Positions 34,481 through 37,102 of a stretch of DNA of 37,102 bases are shown here, piece by piece (the stretch's first letter is position 1; every line of letters begins with the position of its first letter). Origin of the DNA: Malacoraja senta (taxonomy: Eukaryota); contig JAXLNO010000515.1 in the NCBI GenBank assembly GCA_038087875.1, forward strand, positions 1-37,102, written 5' to 3'. The notes beneath the pieces were generated by a model that saw only the letters and a list, made by a program, of their open reading frames with translations, was not told the origin of the DNA and ran no database searches. The translations under genes and the position numbers were made by a program.

Positions 34481-34704
34481 TGAATGAATGAAACTTTAAA
34501 TCTCCTTGGATTCTCTCTACTTTCCCACCATGTCCTCGAATATATCCGATCAGGCTCAAGATTTTTCTACCTTCATACACGATTGTACCTGCAGTACTTC
34601 TTCAACGGAAACACTGTCAGCTCTCAAGACACTTCCATTGACTGCCCCAAGTTCCTCCGTCCATGGTAAAACCTTGTCCATCTCCTGTGGCTCCACACAG
34701 AGGT

Positions 34705-35508
34705 GAGAGGTCCCAGTCTCGAGGGGATCTATCTTTTGCAGTCACTGCCTCAAAAAGGCTGCCAGCATCATCCAAGACCCACACGATCCTGGCCACTCAT
34801 TCATCTCTCCGCTGCCTTCAGGTAGAAGGTACAGGAGCCTGAAATCTGCAACATCCAGGTTCAGGAACAGCCGCTTCCCCACAGCCAATAGACAATAGAC
34901 AATAGGGGCAGGAGTAGAGTCCATTCGGCCCTTCAAGCCAGCACCGCCATTCAATGTGATCATGGCTGATCATCCCAATCAGTACCCCATTCCTGCCTTC
35001 TCAGCATATCTCCTGACTCTGCTATCTTTAAGAGCCCTATCTAGCTCTCTCTTGAAAGTATCCAGAGAACCGGCCTCCACTGCATTCTGAGGTAGAGAAT
35101 CCCACAGACTCACACCTCTCTGGGTGAAAAAGTGTTTCCTCGTCTCCGTTCTAAATGGCTGACCCCTTATTCTTAAACTGTGGCCCCTGGTTCTGGAACA
35201 TGTTTTCTGCCTCTAGCGTGTCCAAACCCTTAACAATCTTATATGATTCAATAAGAATCCCTCTCATCCTTCTAAACTCCAGAGTGTACAAGCCAACAGA
35301 CTATTAAACACAACCTCAACAAACTCTGAACTATAACAGCCTATTGCACTTTATCTGTGTATTTATGTGTGTGTATATATATTCTATGGTATGTGGACAC
35401 ACTGATCTGTATTTATACCTAAATATTCTGTTGTGCTGCAGCAATGCAAGAATTTCATTATCCTATCTGGGACACATGACAATAAACTCTCTTGACTTGA
35501 CTTGACTC
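34705..35508 (+). mobile_element. Rex1/Babar-like LINE 3' end, interrupted by a minus-strand CR1 3' fragment (34889-35290)
   Basis: CLKKAASIIQDPHDPGH..LPSGRRYRSL..TSRFRNS.FP, resuming as RLLN after the insert; AATAAA and a (CTTGA)n tail. The insert is flanked by AGCCAA at 34883-34888 and 35291-35296. Confidence 0.88.
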
Positions 35509-35857
35509 TCTCTAGCTACCCTTTATACAATCTCTTGAGATTGTCCTTTGTACATCTGCCAAAGCTATAGAGCTATATGTGATCTCCTTATTTCCTTTTT
35601 TAGCTAATACCTTAGTTGCCCAAACCCCTCCAGGGATGCACCTGATCCCAGCTGTCCCAACTCTTACTCTTGGCCAAAACCTCAATTTCCCTCGTCAGCC
35701 AAGCTTGCTTTACCCCTCACTCTAACAAGGACATGTATGTCCTGAACTCTTGTCAGCACTTTTAAAAACATCCCACTTCCCTGAGGTTCCTTTTCCTTCC
35801 AACAACCTGCTCCGGTCAACGAATAAGTTTCTGTCTCATCCCTCAAAGTTGGCCTTG

Positions 35858-35911
35858 GGGGTGGGAGATTGCAACCTTCACATGGTCCACCCTGTTTCAA
35901 CGAATGCAATC
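35858..35911 (+). ncRNA. Minimal HDV/CPEB3-like ribozyme fold (catalytic C retained)
   Basis: P1 GGGGTGG/CCACCCT, P2 GATTGCA/TGCAATC, P3 ACC/GGT, L3 TTCACAT, J1/4 GT, short P4 and J4/2 CGAA (C at 35901). Confidence 0.85.
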
Positions 35912-35982
35912 AACCTGGTGTGCACAATCAAATAGAACAAGTTGTCCTACAACTTTAGGCTGTGCATGCCAGACACAAGAAG
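35858..35982 (+). mobile_element. Short retroposon (125 bp) with an HDV-like ribozyme head, copy 2
   Basis: 13-bp TSD AAAGTTGGCCTTG at 35845-35857 and 35983-35995; CAAGAAG tail. Confidence 0.92.
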
Positions 35983-36110
35983 AAAGTTGGCCTTGTCCCA
36001 ATTTAGAATTTGAACACATGGGCCTTGTCCAGAACTATCTTAAACCTAATCAAACAGTGGTTATTGCTCTATGAACACTTCATCCACTTGACCTTCCGAA
36101 TGTCCCATCA

Positions 36111-36408
36111 TTTTAGTTTTAGAGTTTTAGTTTAGAGATATAGCTGGGAAACAGGCCCTTCGGCCAACCGGGTCCGTGCCGCCCAGCAATCCCCGCACAC
36201 TAACAGTATCCTACACCCACTAGGGACAATTTTTACATTACACCAAGCCAATTAACCTACAAACCTGTACGTCTTTGGAGTGTGGGAGGAAACTGGAGAT
36301 CTTGGAGAAAACCCACACAGGTCATGGGGAGAACGTAAAAACTCCACCGTACAGACAGCACCCGTAGTCGGGATCGAGGCAGCAACTCTACCGCTGTGCC
36401 ACCGTGAC
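36111..36408 (-). mobile_element. tRNA-derived V-SINE, second copy (internal deletion in the head)
   Basis: Homologous to 28236-28552; minus-strand A box CGGTGGCACAGCGGTAGAG. Confidence 0.87.
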
Positions 36409-36947
36409 CAGCCTCTCACATGTGAGGCTCTCTGACTGCTGAACACATTTGACAATTTCCACCCATCTAAACCATTCACACTATGACTATCCCAGTCAAT
36501 ATTGGGAACGTCGACATCCCCATCTACAACAACCATTCACCTGCAATCTCCCGGCCTATTTGTTCTAATTCCCGTTGACTATACGGGGGTCTGTAGTACA
36601 CCCCCAACAAGGTGATCATCCCTTTCTAGTTCCTCAGCTCCACCCATATAGCCTCACTAGACAAACCGTCTGTAATGTCACCTCTGAACACAGCCGTGAC
36701 ATCCTCCTTAACCAACAATGAAACCCCCACCTTTTCCCTCACCCGTCTCTCCTGAAGCTCCTGTATCCCGGAACATTGAGCTGCCAGACCTGCTCCTCCC
36801 TGAACCACCTACAGTGTACCTATCCATGCCCCAAGCTGCCAGCCCTGCCCCTCCCTGAACCAGGTTTCAGTCATGGCTGCAATGTACCTATCCATATCCC
36901 AAGATCATCTGCATTAAAGTACGTCCATGTTAAACCAACCTTACTTC

Positions 36948-37070
36948 CTCAGAAGGGTCTCGGCCCAAAACATCACCTGGTCGTTTACTCCAGAAATGCT
37001 GCCCGACCTACTGAGTTACTCCAGCTTTTTTGTGTCTGTCTCCGGTTTAAGCAGCACCTGCAGTTCTGCC
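36948..37070 (+). mobile_element. Penelope pseudo-LTR remnant
   Basis: AGAAGGGTCTCGGCCCAAAACATCACC..CTGAGTTACTCCAGC, homologous to 33437-33530. Confidence 0.75.
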
Positions 37071-37102
37071 TTCCTCGCTGCCTATTCTGTCCCCTATACT
37101 TC

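Larger units (their letters stand above)
35510..36830 (-). mobile_element. Old decayed CR1 ORF2 (APE and linker) hosting younger SINE insertions
   Basis: Minus-strand peptides GVSLLVKED, EAIWVELRN and GDVDVPNIDWD. Confidence 0.75.

Overview
This is a vertebrate chromosome end, and the + strand is the C-rich strand reading inward from the terminus. The repeat families (V-SINE, CR1 with (TTTCTATG)n tails, Penelope, L2, Rex1) suggest a cartilaginous fish such as a skate or ray; this is an inference. In order, the window contains: a canonical (CCCTAA)n telomere (1-~501); 88 copies of a 16-bp telomere-variant repeat in two homogeneous blocks (558-1964); a decayed Penelope-like (PLE) reverse transcriptase split by a 5'-truncated L1 with a 16-bp target-site duplication (TSD); an 8-copy ~1.75-kb tandem array (4341-~18341) whose unit also carries a PLE RT relic and a ~730-bp fold-back; further co-oriented PLE relics, a non-autonomous Helitron and a hAT-like end; a partial and a full-length CR1 LINE whose 1348-aa ORF is an ORF1-ORF2 fusion made by a 1-nt insertion; then nested L2, CR1, V-SINE, Rex1 and Penelope fragments and a CR1-tail-derived minisatellite. 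I found no host protein-coding gene. The two most notable results are (1) two copies of a ~125-bp retroposon whose 5' end is a complete minimal HDV/CPEB3-like self-cleaving ribozyme fold starting at the TSD boundary, and (2) a chain of about 10 PLE RT relics with their 5' ends all facing the telomere.
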